DNA of 64,000 nucleotides from Toensbergia leucococca (taxonomy: Eukaryota): NCBI GenBank assembly GCA_022813965.1, contig JALDZS010000026.1, positions 62,001-126,000 on the forward strand. The letters run 5' to 3'. The notes under the pieces are model-generated. The model saw nothing but the letters and a program-made list of their open reading frames with translations, was not told the DNA's origin and searched no databases. A program made the translations under genes and the position numbers. Below are positions 36,433-48,851 of the stretch, piece by piece (within the stretch, counting starts at the first letter, position 1; every line of letters begins with the position of its first letter).

Positions 36433-38641
36433 ATGATATTATGCTCTTTAGCTCTCACAAAAGCCATTGAATGGACTAAACCCGTCTGTTGTCCATAATT
36501 GGAAAAATCATCGGAAACTAGAAAGCTAATTAGAAACATCTAGGTCAAGTGTTGCCGGCAGCTACTCCGGCTGAAAATTTCCTATTGTCAAACCCGTTGC
36601 TTGTCTTCTGCATGTTCCAACCGCAATCCAGCACAGGCGGGACTGGTTTTGAATAGTAATAACCAGGGGGCTGTGTCCCCAGAATCAAGGATAATACCTC
36701 CATCTGAAAGACTTGTGGATAGGGTTGGGCCTTCTTCGTTTCACACATGCACAAAATCTGACACTATCTAAGGATCTCTTCCTCGATGTGCTAAGCTCGA
36801 CCGCCACCAAGCGCGACGCCCGGTCCTATCTTTCACGCTTCGATCCCAGAAAACCCTCTACCCAGCGTCTGAAAGATTCTCGAGTGCCTCACAAAAGTGT
36901 AAAGGATCAAGAGAACGGGCTTGGAGTGAATCTCGGCAATCTCTATCTTCCGGCTAGGGCCATTGATGAAAGTCCAGTCTTTACACAGGCACCCCCTCCG
37001 AGACTATTCATCGATACCCTTACCGAGACGCTGCATGTTGCGCTCGTCAAAATCCGGGCTCCACAAATAGTAGATGATGTTACCTTGCAAAGCGTCGGCC
37101 ATACATTGTCTCAACTTGCTCGATTGGGTCTAAGTTGCGTGGTCGTAGTAGATAGTGAGGGGAGGCAGGAAGATCAAGTTCTAGATGTAAAGAGAGATGG
37201 TGACTATCGAATCGCCGTGGAGCAAGCAGACCGTATTGTCGCCGCAATCGAGCATCATCGTGGCCAAGGCGCCAGGCGCCTAGACAGTGTAATAGGCGTT
37301 TCAGCCGGCAACGAACGACTCCCCTCTTCTATCAAAGTACGGGGTAGAGTACAAGTTACGCATCGAAGTCTTTTGCTGGCGCCCTTAGGCAGGGGGGTGA
37401 TTCCAGTCATTGCACCAATTGGGTATACTCTGGATACCCAAACGACTGTCCCGGTAACGGCCGATGAAGTTGTACTTGCCTTGACTCGAGAATTTGCTGG
37501 TCTTCAAGTAACGGCGCTACAAGAGGAAGATCCGCACAAAGTCGCTGAGAGCGTCAAAACACTGCAAAAGCAGATTTCTCTCGACCGAATAATCTTGCTC
37601 GATCCTGAGGGAGGAATACCTTCGACTGATGGGACAAACAGGTCACATGTGTTTATCAACCTCGAGCAAGAATATCAGGGCATTGAGAATGAACTATTGA
37701 AGACTGCAAAAGACTCGTCTGGTAAATCAAATCATCACCTGGTTGTGGACGTCCATGTCCGGAACCTTCGGCTCCTCCAGAACACCCTAGCATTACTCCC
37801 GCCTTCATCTTCGGCGTTACTTACGACACCACAAGATGCTGCGAACTCTGGAAGACCTTTGAAGAAATCTTCTCGAAGTCTTGGTGTCGGAACTCGACGA
37901 CAGCGAAACCCACTCATTCATAACCTTCTGACCGACAAGCCTGTCCTTTCGTCGTCTCTGCCATCAAGTCGATCTCGACAATCCCTGATTCAAGAGGGGA
38001 ACCTCTTCTCCAGAGCTTCGCCAATGACTTTCGTGAAACGCGGTATGCCTGTGAGCATCATTCCAGATCCATCTTTACAGCCATGGACACAATCAAGTCC
38101 CGCGCCATTTCTTCAGCTCTCCGACCCTCGTATCGACCTCCCCCGCCTAGTTAACCTCATCGAAGACTCCTTCAACCGTAAGCTTGACATCTCCGATTAT
38201 TTTTCCCGCATCGCAAGCCGTATTGCGGGTGTCATTGTTGCCGGCGAATATGAAGGCGGCGCTCTCTTTACCTGGGAGACACCTCCTGGGGTTCCAGATG
38301 ATGGGTCACAGGAATCTCGCGAACGAATGGTGCCATACCTCGACAAATTTGCGGTGCTTAAACGCTCGCAAGGCTCTGGTGGTGTGGCTGACATTGTCTT
38401 CAAAGCCATGGTTCGCGACTGCTTTCCCAACGGAGTATGTTGGCGAAGTAGGCGCGACAATCCGGTCAATAAGTGGTATTTCGAAAGAGCCAAAGGAACG
38501 TGGAAGATGCCAGACACGAATTGGACTATGTTTTGGACAACAGAAGGGGTTGAGACGAGTCGGCAGACGTTCCTAGATTATGAGGGCGTGTGCAAGGCTG
38601 TTATACCAAGCTGGGCGGACAACAAAGCCGTCGTGGATTGA
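36433..38641 (+). CDS. ARG2: Mitochondrial N-acetylglutamate synthase (amino-acid acetyltransferase)
   Basis: Main exon 36773-38641: LFLDVLSSTATKRDARSYLSRF, HVALVKIRAPQ, FINLEQEY, NPLIHNLLTDKP, YLDKFAVLKRSQGSGGVADIVF and WRSRRDNPVNKWYFER. Upstream exons were reconstructed as 36433-36483 and 36544-36723 (introns 36484-36543 and 36724-36772), giving an Arg/Ser/Leu-rich presequence-like N-terminus. Confidence 0.92.
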
Positions 38642-38717
38642 TGGACTGTGACCAGCAGATTGGATTCACGGGAAAATTGTGTCTTCAGATGACTCATATG
38701 GAAGTGTCAGTCTCACT

Positions 38718-40088
38718 TCACCCAAGCGACTTTCGGTACAGTTGTCTCCCACAATCTCGAAGTCTCGCCGCTGCTTGTTCAGGAGTGATGTCCCTTTGAG
38801 GCTCCGCCAGCAGCTCATACCTAGAAAGCCAGACGACATCAGCATCCGAACCAAACCGTAGGATATTTCCAACTCTCGCACACTCACCCAACGAGAAACT
38901 TCCTCACTGTCGCACTTCGTAGCAAAGGCGGATAGAAATGCATGTGGAAATGACTGGCCTCGATTTCGGCATTCGTACCCTCCAGCGGGGCTTGGTGAAT
39001 ACCCATACTGTACGGAAATTGAGTTTCGAAGAGATTGTCGTACCGTCGCGTTACCTCCAGCAAGGCTTCTGCAAGTTCCTCGCGTTCTCGATCATCAAAG
39101 TCCACCAGCGCCCGTTTGTGCCGCTTCGCTATGATCATGGTTTCAAACGGCCACGTTGCCCACCACGGACATACGGCCAGGAAAGCGGCATTCTCAAACA
39201 CAACTCGCTCTCCCTTGTCACTTTCCAGTGCTGCGTAGTCTTCTAGTAAATGCACACCACCCTGCTCCCGCCGATACTTTTGCAACTGCTCCAGCTCCAG
39301 CGCTGCTTCCTCGGGCAGGCTACTTGTTGTCCAGATTTGTCCGTGCGGATGTGGATTCGAGCAGCCCATTGCCGCGCCTTTATTTTCGAAAATCTGCATG
39401 TAGCGATACTGGGCGCTTGGTCGGGCGAAGTTCATGCTATGATGGCTCGTGGGCGGGAGGGTCGTTGCGCCAGCTAGCTTTGCCAGAGGAGACATGGGGG
39501 AGATGTGCGCGGTGTATATTTGTGTCCAGGCGTTGACGACGGCCAGCATGTCCGGTGCGCTGAAATCGGCGAGGGTCAGGTTGTGCAGCGGTGAGAAGGT
39601 CAGTACATAACATTTCCCCGTGACGGGCTCCGCGCGTAGGAGAAGTGTCGAGAGACCTGGCACAGGGCTACGTATTAGCCTATAATCTCTACCCATATCT
39701 TTATTCTAGCCGCTTTTTGGAGAACGAATTAACTCACTTCCATCTCTGTCCGGTGCCTTGTATTCCGCTTGGTCCTCCTTCACGGCACTATAATCGTTCA
39801 CAAACACGAACGTGTGCTCGTAATCTGGATTTGCAGCACCTTGCGCGCGTTGGTTTCTGGGGCAGAGGTAGCAAGCGGGGTCGTGGGATAGAAGGGAGGA
39901 CTGTGAGGCGGGCTCTTCTTGGCCTCTAAGGTATCAGAGAAAGAGGTTAGTCCCTTTTCCTTTTTGGAAGGAAGAGGAACACGCAACTGCCATGGGCGTT
40001 GGTTTCGGTGCGGGGAGATCAAGATCCAACTTCCGCGAAGGGGGTTGTAGCGCCGGTGGGAAATCTCGTTTAGGATTTTTGGTGGCAT
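38718..40088 (-). CDS. GAL7: Galactose-1-phosphate uridylyltransferase
   Basis: [42 protein letters not shown] (catalytic HPH), [11 protein letters not shown] and [34 protein letters not shown]. Three introns. Confidence 0.96.
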
Positions 40089-40554
40089 TGTCTATGAGGA
40101 TTTTTTACAGAAGTTTTTTTTGCATGGTTTTGGGATGGGATCGAGAGTGGTGGGGGTTGGGAAGCGACTTAATTGAGATGGTGGATGGTGTTGTGAATTT
40201 GGGGATGTCGTGGAGGGGTTGCGGCCAAAAGCTTTTGCACTACGGAACCGTCACTTCGGTCGTTTCTCTATGCTACGTTGATCGTTACCGTAACCTGGTA
40301 TAAGACTCTACCTTAGTCTTATAAGTTACAACCCATCCATCGTCTGGAGGCTAATTCAAACCATATGTTCCAATCTTATGGTATCTCAAGAGCAAGTAAT
40401 ATCTATGAATCGATCCTCGAGCAAGATCTGAGCGGAAGATAAGGACATTCACAACTGACTTTTCCCTACCTCCCTATCCACCTCCTTTCCACCTCCTTTC
40501 CTCCCCCTACCTACAAATGGCTCCACCTTGCATGCCCTTCAAAGAGCAATTTGA

Positions 40555-40830
40555 TATGTGAGTAAGGCATGGAAGGAGCTTTACAAGGAACACCCGGGTT
40601 TGATGCGCAAAACCTATAGACAGGCAGGATTATTCTCAGCGGTGAAGAGAAAAGAGAGTAATGAGCTAATGATCAAGATATCTGAGTTGCATAGGAGGGT
40701 GACTGAATCAGAAGGCCAGAGAAAGAGATGGATGAAATCAATCTTGCGTCCGCGATGAAGGAGGAGAAGAAAGAGAAGGAGAGAGAGAGGGAGAAGGAGA
40801 AGAAGAAGAAAGAGTGACAACGAGAAGAAA
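40555..40830 (+). mobile_element. Probable degenerate pogo/Fot1-like (DDE_1) transposase C-terminal relic
   Basis: VSKAWKELYKEHPGLMRKTYRQAGLFSAVKRKESNELMIKI resembles the AW...F...Gl...DGSED tail of fungal pogo-type transposases. It is followed by a purine-rich (GAG/AAG) low-complexity stretch. No intact ORF or TIRs seen. Confidence 0.4.
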
Positions 40831-42108
40831 GAGGAAGAGTCACTCAGTCAGTAAAGGAATGGCAGGTGATTACGGACCGGAGACGCCATCAGTAGGATTA
40901 TATCACCTTGTAGACCAAAACACCTTCGGACTGACAATGTTGATTTCGAACCACGTCTTATGACCCAGTAGTATCCCATATACCAGACTGTAAGGTGTTT
41001 ATTTTCTGTATTGTTTCTTAAAACAATGACCATGTTTCATGGTCTATCACAAGTGCTTGTTGATTTCTTTTCAAATGATTCATGTAACAACCTAAATCAA
41101 AGATTCATCTTACCTGTTTCACAGAAACTTCAATCACTTTCTCAAACATTACAATGCTGCAGGTTTGACAAGAATCTTCTGATTACCTGTGAGCCTGAGC
41201 AAAGCCTGAAGTATGAGTATGAGTATGATGAAAATTGCAAGACTAAACTCAATGTAGTACTCGTGATCACCCCCGGATGCAACTCGCTGTCGGATGCGAA
41301 TCTTAGCCCAATCTGAGTTAGCTGAATGTATCCGGGCTGTAGGTAAGTACCTAGGATTTGTTGTGATAGAACAGTGTTGATGACGGTTGATTCTATAGCT
41401 AAGGAGGAGAACTGCTACTTATGTGCACTCGCTAAGCATATAGGGCTGAAGAAGTGTATCTGTCAACAGGATTCGCATCCAACAGTGGCTTGCATTCGGC
41501 AGATAGGCGAGCTTGTGCATTTCGAGGTCCCGTTGGCTTGTTGCCATGATTGGTTAATATCTTATCTATGGGCTTTCCAACTTAAGCATATGCCCCGGAC
41601 TTTCCTCGGTCACCAATCTATAAAAAATGCTCGTCATATGGAAAAGAACTTGTACCTGCGGACGGCCCTAACGAACAACAATAGAACTTCCGTCATACCA
41701 TGGGGAATCATGCCAGCATCACCAATCATGCCACAGTTTGATCTCTGTGACCTCATACATCAGCAAATACCGTACTTCATTGCAAAACCCATAATACCCC
41801 TGCTGCGAAAGTTTTCTACTGTTCAGGCGCTCTCTGTAAACAGATCCATATGCTCCCCAGTGTTTTTGACGAAATGGCCAGCACATTTTAAACATACTCT
41901 TCTTATCGCGTTTCTCTTCTCAACATGGGCCTGGAATCTGCCAGCTGCCATTCTCTAATTTACCATAGAAATGTCACTGCAACAAATTTACATGAAAGAA
42001 AAACGACCTCTCAGTCTTAACGGAGCTGCCCATGCCATCCAAAACCCAGCTTGAGTGAGGCATGCACACCACAGCACTTACACCCCATTAACCATCGCTC
42101 CATCGAAC

Positions 42109-43106
42109 ATGTCAAAGAACGGGACCGCCAACTCAATAAACAGTCCTACCAACGGGCTCACCGCTCCAATCCCATCCAACGGTATACTTATCATGGCCGG
42201 GAGTCTGGTCGCTTTCTTTGCAATCGTTTTGATTTACATCATTATTATAGTCATCAGGGGTCGTCGACGATCATTACAACAGAGTACGGGCGTTGCACGA
42301 AACCAAGTCACAAGTCCGAGAAAAAGCATTGCCAAACCTCTTTCTCGGGGGATGCTAGAACTAATCCCGATTTACAAAGTGGGCGAGTCAAAAACCGACG
42401 ACTTAGACAACAGCCTCAATTTGGAGCTTGGGACGTCCGTAGCTCCCTGCAGCTACAGTGGAAGATCCCAGATCGCTACGACTGTACAGAGTTGTAGCCA
42501 TATTGAAAGTGGCGAAAAGGAAAATCCTACGTCAGTGGAGCAGAACATATCTAAAAGTCATGGCGATTTGGGAGGAATAAGCTTTTCGCAGGATGGCTCA
42601 CAATTCAACTGCTCGATATGTACAGAAGAACTCAAGGAAAGACAAGACATGCGCGTTCTGCCATGCAGCCATCGCTACCACCCCGAGTGCGTCGATCCCT
42701 GGCTCCTCAACATTTCTGGAACATGCCCTTTATGGTAAGCCATTGTCCTCTCCCCCCTGTATGACAGATAGGTGTAGAAAAAGGGGCTAACTTATAACAC
42801 AGCCGTACCAACCTCAATCCTACATCTACGCTAGAGTTAGAAATTCCCCCTTCATCATTTAGAGCAACGCTCGCTCACGCTGGCTTTCTCCCCTTGGTCT
42901 CACCCTTCGCTTCATTCGCAATCCTTCCTCGGACTACCTCCCCGACAACAATGGCATTGCCTTCTTCGAATACACCAATAGAAATACCAGCACGAAGAGC
43001 TCGTGACCGGTTCCTACCACTCACATGGACCGAACTCTTCAACCGCAACATCCCCTCACAACCCCCCTCGTCCTCGGTTGTCATGTCAGAAGTACGAATT
43101 TCCTGA
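42109..43106 (+). CDS. Single-TM RING-H2 finger protein (ATL/RNF-like E3 ligase)
   Basis: Hydrophobic helix (LVAFFAIVLIYIIIIVI) followed by RGRRR. RING-H2 CSICTEEL...RVLPCSHRYHPECVDPWLLNISGTCPL|CR, with intron 42735-42802 restoring the last Cys. The frame then continues to the stop at 43106. Confidence 0.85.
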
Positions 43107-43851
43107 TGTTTCTCTGTAAGATAAATGATAGTACATACGGGATTGAAAAGATGGCAAGGCTTACGAAACTAACTACCCTTTCGATAAAACTCTTACGTTA
43201 CCGTTGAGTGCATACAATTTCTTTACTGTATATAATTCACGTCACTGTTGGGTAGGATTCTTGTTGATATATACCGATTTTATTCTGTAAAACTTCCCAT
43301 CGAGTCCCTTGAAGTACGCAAGGGCCTGGGCCTGGTAACTGGTCTTTTCAATCAACCTTGGTCTTTTTAGTCCAGAGTAGCAATGCAAGAGACTGCACCA
43401 TGTGTTCACTTTGACCTTTTCTCTCCAATTGAAAACCTCACACATTGAAAAGAATAAGAGTTGGGTTCACTTGGCTGATTTCGATGGTGATGAAAGGTAT
43501 GGACAAGTATGTCTCACTAGACTTCCCAGAAATCCATATTGGAAGACCCAGGCGTAGGCACAGATAGGTTAAAGAAGAGTCTTGGGCGTGTTTATCTCCA
43601 TGTTTGAATCGGTGACGAGAGTTTGTCAAGGATTCTCAAAAATTGCAGGTTTTCAAGAATACATTGGTCATTGATTGCAGATTATAGATAATGTACTAGT
43701 AGGATGCAAACACCATAGCGCTGGTCCCCCAGTACCAATCGCCCAGCTGGTGTAGTGCGCCGACAGCCAAAAAAAAGCAGGAACCTCAACCTCCAGATAC
43801 TTCGCGGAACGCCAGGGTCATGAGCAGACAGCTTCATCACCTGGCGGTCCA

Positions 43852-44814
43852 TCACGGAACCGAAATGTATTGCCCGATCCCAGCCATCAGATGATAGATG
43901 CTCGCAAACGTGGGAAACTGATTGCATATTTGCACGAGGGTAGCGTCTGCTATGGTGAAGATTCTGCGCGGGTACATTGCTAGTGATATGAGTTTGCGTC
44001 TGTTGCTGAGCTGGACGAGGGTGCAGAGGGGCTTATGACAGGGGATCTCGAGCTGTAGTGCCTTTGTTGAAGGATATACCGGTTGTTGGGGTTCCAGAGG
44101 GAGAGATGGAGAGATTTGCTCGTTATCTTGTGGCGTTGAGGATGAAATCTGTTGGGGAGGATGATCTGATATCGTTTCGTCCTCGGGGCAAGTGGTCTCG
44201 CGTTCGAGTTCTGTTGTTGATACGGAGAGTGTTGCGATTTTTGAGAGGGATGATGTAGAATCCTGCTCGGTTTCTTTAGGTGCGGAGGGAGACGCTGGTG
44301 GGGTAGGTGGAGGTGTAACCAGTTGGTATGTTATCGGCTTTTTGGTGAGTTCTGGCTTTGAGTGGCTTGGTGTGATGGCCGACAGATCGAGAGCGTCTAG
44401 TTCGTCTTCGTCCTCGTCCCAGTCGCTCTCTAAGACAGAGACGGTAGTGGTAGGCTCTGAAATAGCTTGCATCAGGTCGATAATCAGATCATCGTCGTCG
44501 TCATTCTCCGAGTCGTAGGAGTCGTCACTGCCCGAGTCGGATTGTACGTCGTCGATGTCACGGGTCCAATCTGCAACAGAGTCTGAATTGGACAGTGTAC
44601 GATTGGATATCTCTTCCAGACTTTTGGAGCTTCCAGCTATTCGATTGTAATTTTGCTCTCGCTCCTCCATTCCGTATGTTGAATCTCCTGTGTCATCACG
44701 GTGATCTAGAATCGAAGCATGGAAGGTTGAATGTGCGAGGAGGATTCGCAGTCTGGAGTCAGGTCGGGAAGATTCTTTGTAGTATTTGCTTTCGCTGAGT
44801 CGACCGAGATCCAT
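43852..44814 (-). CDS. Acidic low-complexity protein with divergent ECM13-like N-terminal motif
   Basis: 320-aa ATG-initiated ORF. The N-terminal SKYYKESSRPDSRLRILLAHS resembles the kL..Ea.r.dh.LR.lvgHa motif of Ecm13-like proteins. Asp/Glu-rich middle region. Confidence 0.55.
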   Translation of the reverse strand: MDLGRLSESKYYKESSRPDSRLRILLAHSTFHASILDHRDDTGDSTYGMEEREQNYNRIAGSSKSLEEISNRTLSNSDSVADWTRDIDDVQSDSGSDDSYDSENDDDDDLIIDLMQAISEPTTTVSVLESDWDEDEDELDALDLSAITPSHSKPELTKKPITYQLVTPPPTPPASPSAPKETEQDSTSSLSKIATLSVSTTELERETTCPEDETISDHPPQQISSSTPQDNEQISPSLPLEPQQPVYPSTKALQLEIPCHKPLCTLVQLSNRRKLISLAMYPRRIFTIADATLVQICNQFPTFASIYHLMAGIGQYISVP

Positions 44815-46641
44815 GATGAATGAGGACAGGAATTGGAGTGGATGAGGTGAGCAAGAGAGTGTGTGAGGGGCAGCTTATAGGCAAGCATAATGGAGGGTTT
44901 GGGCGTCATTGTCATTGCCATATTCAACAAGGTGCCGTGGACTGTCAGGTTGCTAGACTGGTATGCGGCGATGTTCCATTTCCATTGTCTACGTATGCAT
45001 AGCGTGGTATCAGGATATACCTATTGGTGTATGTGGCCTGGTGGGCGGAGGTGGCTCCGCAGTAACCATACGAAGTCGAAAGAGATGTCTGCAGTGAACT
45101 CTAAGTGGACTCGAAGTGGACCCTAAATGGACCCTGAATGGATGAATCGCCGATCCGGATGATAGATCAGTACCGAGGATACGCTCTCATCCTTGGGTGT
45201 AACATTACGGAGTGGCACTTTCTTGTCGTAATGCTTTATTGGAAGACACGTCAACGCCGTGCTATGCATTTCCACATTCATCTATTTCCAAGCTTAGAGT
45301 AAGTTGGGATTAGTAATCATCTTGAACTACATGAAGTGATAACATTGTCATCTTGGCTGTTGCAAAGACAGCCTCGTTGTGCCTGTGACGGGCCTTTCCT
45401 AGAAATTCCAAGCAAAAATACATGGATGACGAACATGAAATGGAAGCCTGTGAGAAGCCGGTACGAGCCGAAAGCTTGAGGGCTGGTCGTGCTACATAAC
45501 TGAGCCTACACCTAGGGAGCGGAATAGACTATATGCTGACCGATCAACAGCTTTCCACCGCCGGCGAAACTCGCTAGTTCAGTAGCAGTCAAAGGCCTTC
45601 AATTTTAATTGAGCTTTTCAACCAAATCAATATTCATAGCAGTATTGATGGCAGCATTGATGTGAGGCTACCCGTGGGGGTATTCAGCCCCGTTGTATTG
45701 TTGTCGATACGCACGTGGAACAGCATTTTTCAAATGGTCTCAGGTGGGGACTCAATCTTGGCCTTCAGTAGCTGGGAAACGCCAGGCAACGTCTTTCAAG
45801 CTTCTTCATCGTGAGCAACATCAGCTGAAAGAATATTCAATTCTCTGTCAATAGCGGAGATACGGTCAAGGATTGGAGACGGCACGTTGAAAGTCAACCC
45901 ATACTGGAGATTGGATAGTACAAGACTTCCTTCAAACTATATAATCAACATGAACGTGAAAAGAGTTGAACAGTCCATTAGGATACGTTAGTTCTTCTGA
46001 GGTGAGAATCAAGAGATACAAATCACGCCACTTGCTTGAATTTTAGGCAAGCAGCCAATGGTTTAAAAGGCGCTTCTGTTTCAAGGTCCTCTTCTTACCC
46101 GGAATTGCAATGATGTGTCAACACCAACATTGGCGGTCAGGCTGCAAGAAGTAGCCTTGTACCAGCTCGTGCCGCTAACTCACATTTATCACAGTGAGTA
46201 TCGCACTTGGCTCTCGAAGCTCCACTTCGTAGTCTATGATGTATCTTCTAAGAAATTGGATGAAGTTTATTGAGAGTACCAACTGAGTAGTCTTGCCATG
46301 TGGTATGCTTGTGCAGCTCATCCGCTGGTTTGATTTCAGTGGCCTTCTCTCCGCGGAAAAGTAGTTGCGTTTGCCATCATTGGCGTCATCAAAGGTAAGA
46401 ATGCCTCGGATGCTGCAATTTCAATCGGGAGAACGTTGGCTCGAGGTTGGTTTCGCCCTAAAATATTCTTAGTACGGATACCTTACTAGCGAGTTCTGAA
46501 ATTCTAGACTTTGAGTCTCGAGCGGGAGCTAGAATAAACAATTGAGAGGCTCGAGACAGGTAGAGCCTTAGAGGTAGAATCTCGTACGCTTCTTTCTACC
46601 CACTTGAAACGACGCGCCTTCTTACATGCCCGAATGCAGTA

Positions 46642-47251
46642 ATGATGAAGATACAGTCAAGCGTGCGGCCTCTTCTTGTCCGATGCTCTCGATGCTCATA
46701 CGCAACAACATCTACCTCGACATCCGCGCCTCCTATGCTTTTGAAGCTGCGGTCTGACATGAAAAATGCCTTGAAAGCAAAAGACACTAATCGGTGAGAA
46801 AGTTCTACTTTTACCAGTGCTGTATTAGAGAGCTTACCCTCTAGCACCTACTAGCCTCAATGTGTTGCGAGCACTGCTTGCGGAAACGACCAATGCCGCC
46901 AAAACCTCGTCACCAATACGGACTGACATACAACTTCTCTCGTTACTACGCAAACGAGCCGCTGCTTCCAAAAGCGCCGCTTCCGAGTTTAGTGCCGCCA
47001 ATCGCCATGACCTGGAAGACAAAGAGGTAGCCCAGATTGCAGTTTTGGAAGAATATGCAGGTACCATCCATACTGTTGGAGAAGAAGAAATATCCAGCAC
47101 TGTGACAGCAGTATTAGCGAGGATGAAGACAGCTGGCCAGAAGCTGGATATAGGAAGCGTGCTCAAAGCTTTAGTTGGGGAAGATGGGGAGCTTCATGGC
47201 AAGCCTATAGAAAGAGCAGAGGTCGCAAGAATTGTGAAGACCATGATGTGA
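46642..47251 (+). CDS. AIM41: Mitochondrial GatB/YqeY-domain protein Aim41
   Basis: Exon 1 (46642-46793) has a presequence-like start then PPMLLKLRSDMKNALKAKDTNR. Intron 46794-46854. Exon 2 reads LNVLRALLAE...EFSAANRHDLEDKE (YqeY signature). Confidence 0.85.
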
Positions 47252-47673
47252 GGCGCACCACTTCTACGAGACTCTAGAATCTCCACCGTGGCTTAAAGTA
47301 TGTTCTTTGGGCAAGAGCATGACGCAGAATCAAAATTCAGGGGATCCAGCGACATAGCCTCTTCTTCAGTAATATGAGCTATGCAGACCGACGGCGCCAC
47401 ACTCATCTTCTCCATGTGCGATGCATTGGGTCTGTGTTGCTTAGCAATAGCCAGGGCTTAGAGCAAACTGGGAGAGGTCAAACCCGCGGCTTGACCTAGG
47501 GATTACGGATGAGCAAACAACTACACAGACATCTCGCACACGATAAGGTAGTATCGCAGCCAATCTTACGGCTCTTCAAATATGTATCACATATTGATAA
47601 GTTGATAAATCTAAATATGGTGTATGATTCTAGACACTGTGACACTTGAAATATTACCTTCGCTTTGCTACCC

Positions 47674-48851
47674 TCAGGTTTCATTTCGCGTCGCAAAGGA
47701 TCCAACGATGATTGCCTTACCAGAAATGTTATTCTGTTCGAGCAATGACTGCTCGACGGCGAGGAGTAAATGCGTCGTACGGACCAACAACTCTACTTGG
47801 TAATCAGCAAGAAATTCAAGCGGGGTGCTGATGATGCATAGTGCATGCAGATCTAATGAACGCACGCAATGCATCGCGATTCAACGGCACAGGAGCGTAA
47901 AAGTGGAGGGGTAGAACTTGCTAACATACCGTCGTATTCGATGCTGTAGCTGACGGCTAAATCTTCTTCCTTGAGTTGCAGTATTGGCAAATCTCTCCTC
48001 CATTTTCTTTCCCTCACCCTTACTTGAATCCCTACATTTTCCGCTTTGTCGACCCATATAATACGTGCTGATTCGCATCTTCGGCTTCGGCATTCGCTTG
48101 CATTTTCCTCATAAGCAGGACTAGATACATCAGCCGTAGCATGCTCCGCTAGATGGGCGCTCTCAGCGAGCCATTGCCTCCAGATCCTCACTACCCCTTC
48201 TACGACATTTACGCAGCTAGAGAAGACACCTCTCCGTGGCCCAGGTCGTACGAGATTTGCGACAGCACAAAGCTGAGAGAAAGGCTCGTATGAGTCCAAA
48301 CTCACGGTATGCGTTACTACATCCGTTGTTGTGTCGTGACTCGACGACGGACGTTCCGGATACAAGCTACTTGAGCCGGGATGTCCTGGAACGTCGCCCG
48401 CAGGATGTGGGCGGCGTATCGTCCTATCTGTATCTGGTCTAGTCGGGCGAAAGCGTGAATATAAGCTACCGAATTTGTCCAAATGGCCAATCCCATCGTC
48501 ACTCTCGTGCATTGTGCCCAGTCTTGCACTGTGATCGCCGAGTCCTGGTGTCCCGAGATAGTCGCAGAACAGGTAAGGCTCCGTATATTTGGATGAAGGG
48601 TGGTAGCATTCAAGGATCAGCTTGTGGTCCTTCAGAGACGCTGCTTGGAGCAGGCGGTAGTGGACGATGCGGAGTACAAGGTTGTTGAATCGATGGGACA
48701 CACCTGCCAGAGGAAGCAGGCGTTGAGTAGGCAATGAGCCTAGAACTTGAATCAAAATCTTTGTTCTATCAGCTTGGATTCAACGGTGCTATTGAACTGA
48801 TGATATGACCTCATTTGGAAGACAGAATAAGCCGCCTGATTTCCGTGCCAT
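47674..48851 (-). CDS. F-box domain protein
   Basis: LFCLPNE|ILIQVLGSLPTQRLLPLAGVSHRF (F-box), then LILECYHPS...C.YLGTPGL. Final exon LLVRTTHLLLAVEQSLLEQ...SGKAIIVGSF. Confidence 0.8.

Noticed and set aside
36288..36713. Arginine attenuator peptide uORF, or a non-AUG start, for the arginine gene
   Set aside because: The AAP belongs to the carbamoyl-phosphate synthetase small subunit (Neurospora arg-2/yeast CPA1), not N-acetylglutamate synthase. The missing ATG is explained by two upstream exons.
38718..40088. Possible GAL gene cluster around GAL7
   Set aside because: No GAL1 or GAL10 nearby. Unclustered GAL genes are normal in filamentous ascomycetes.
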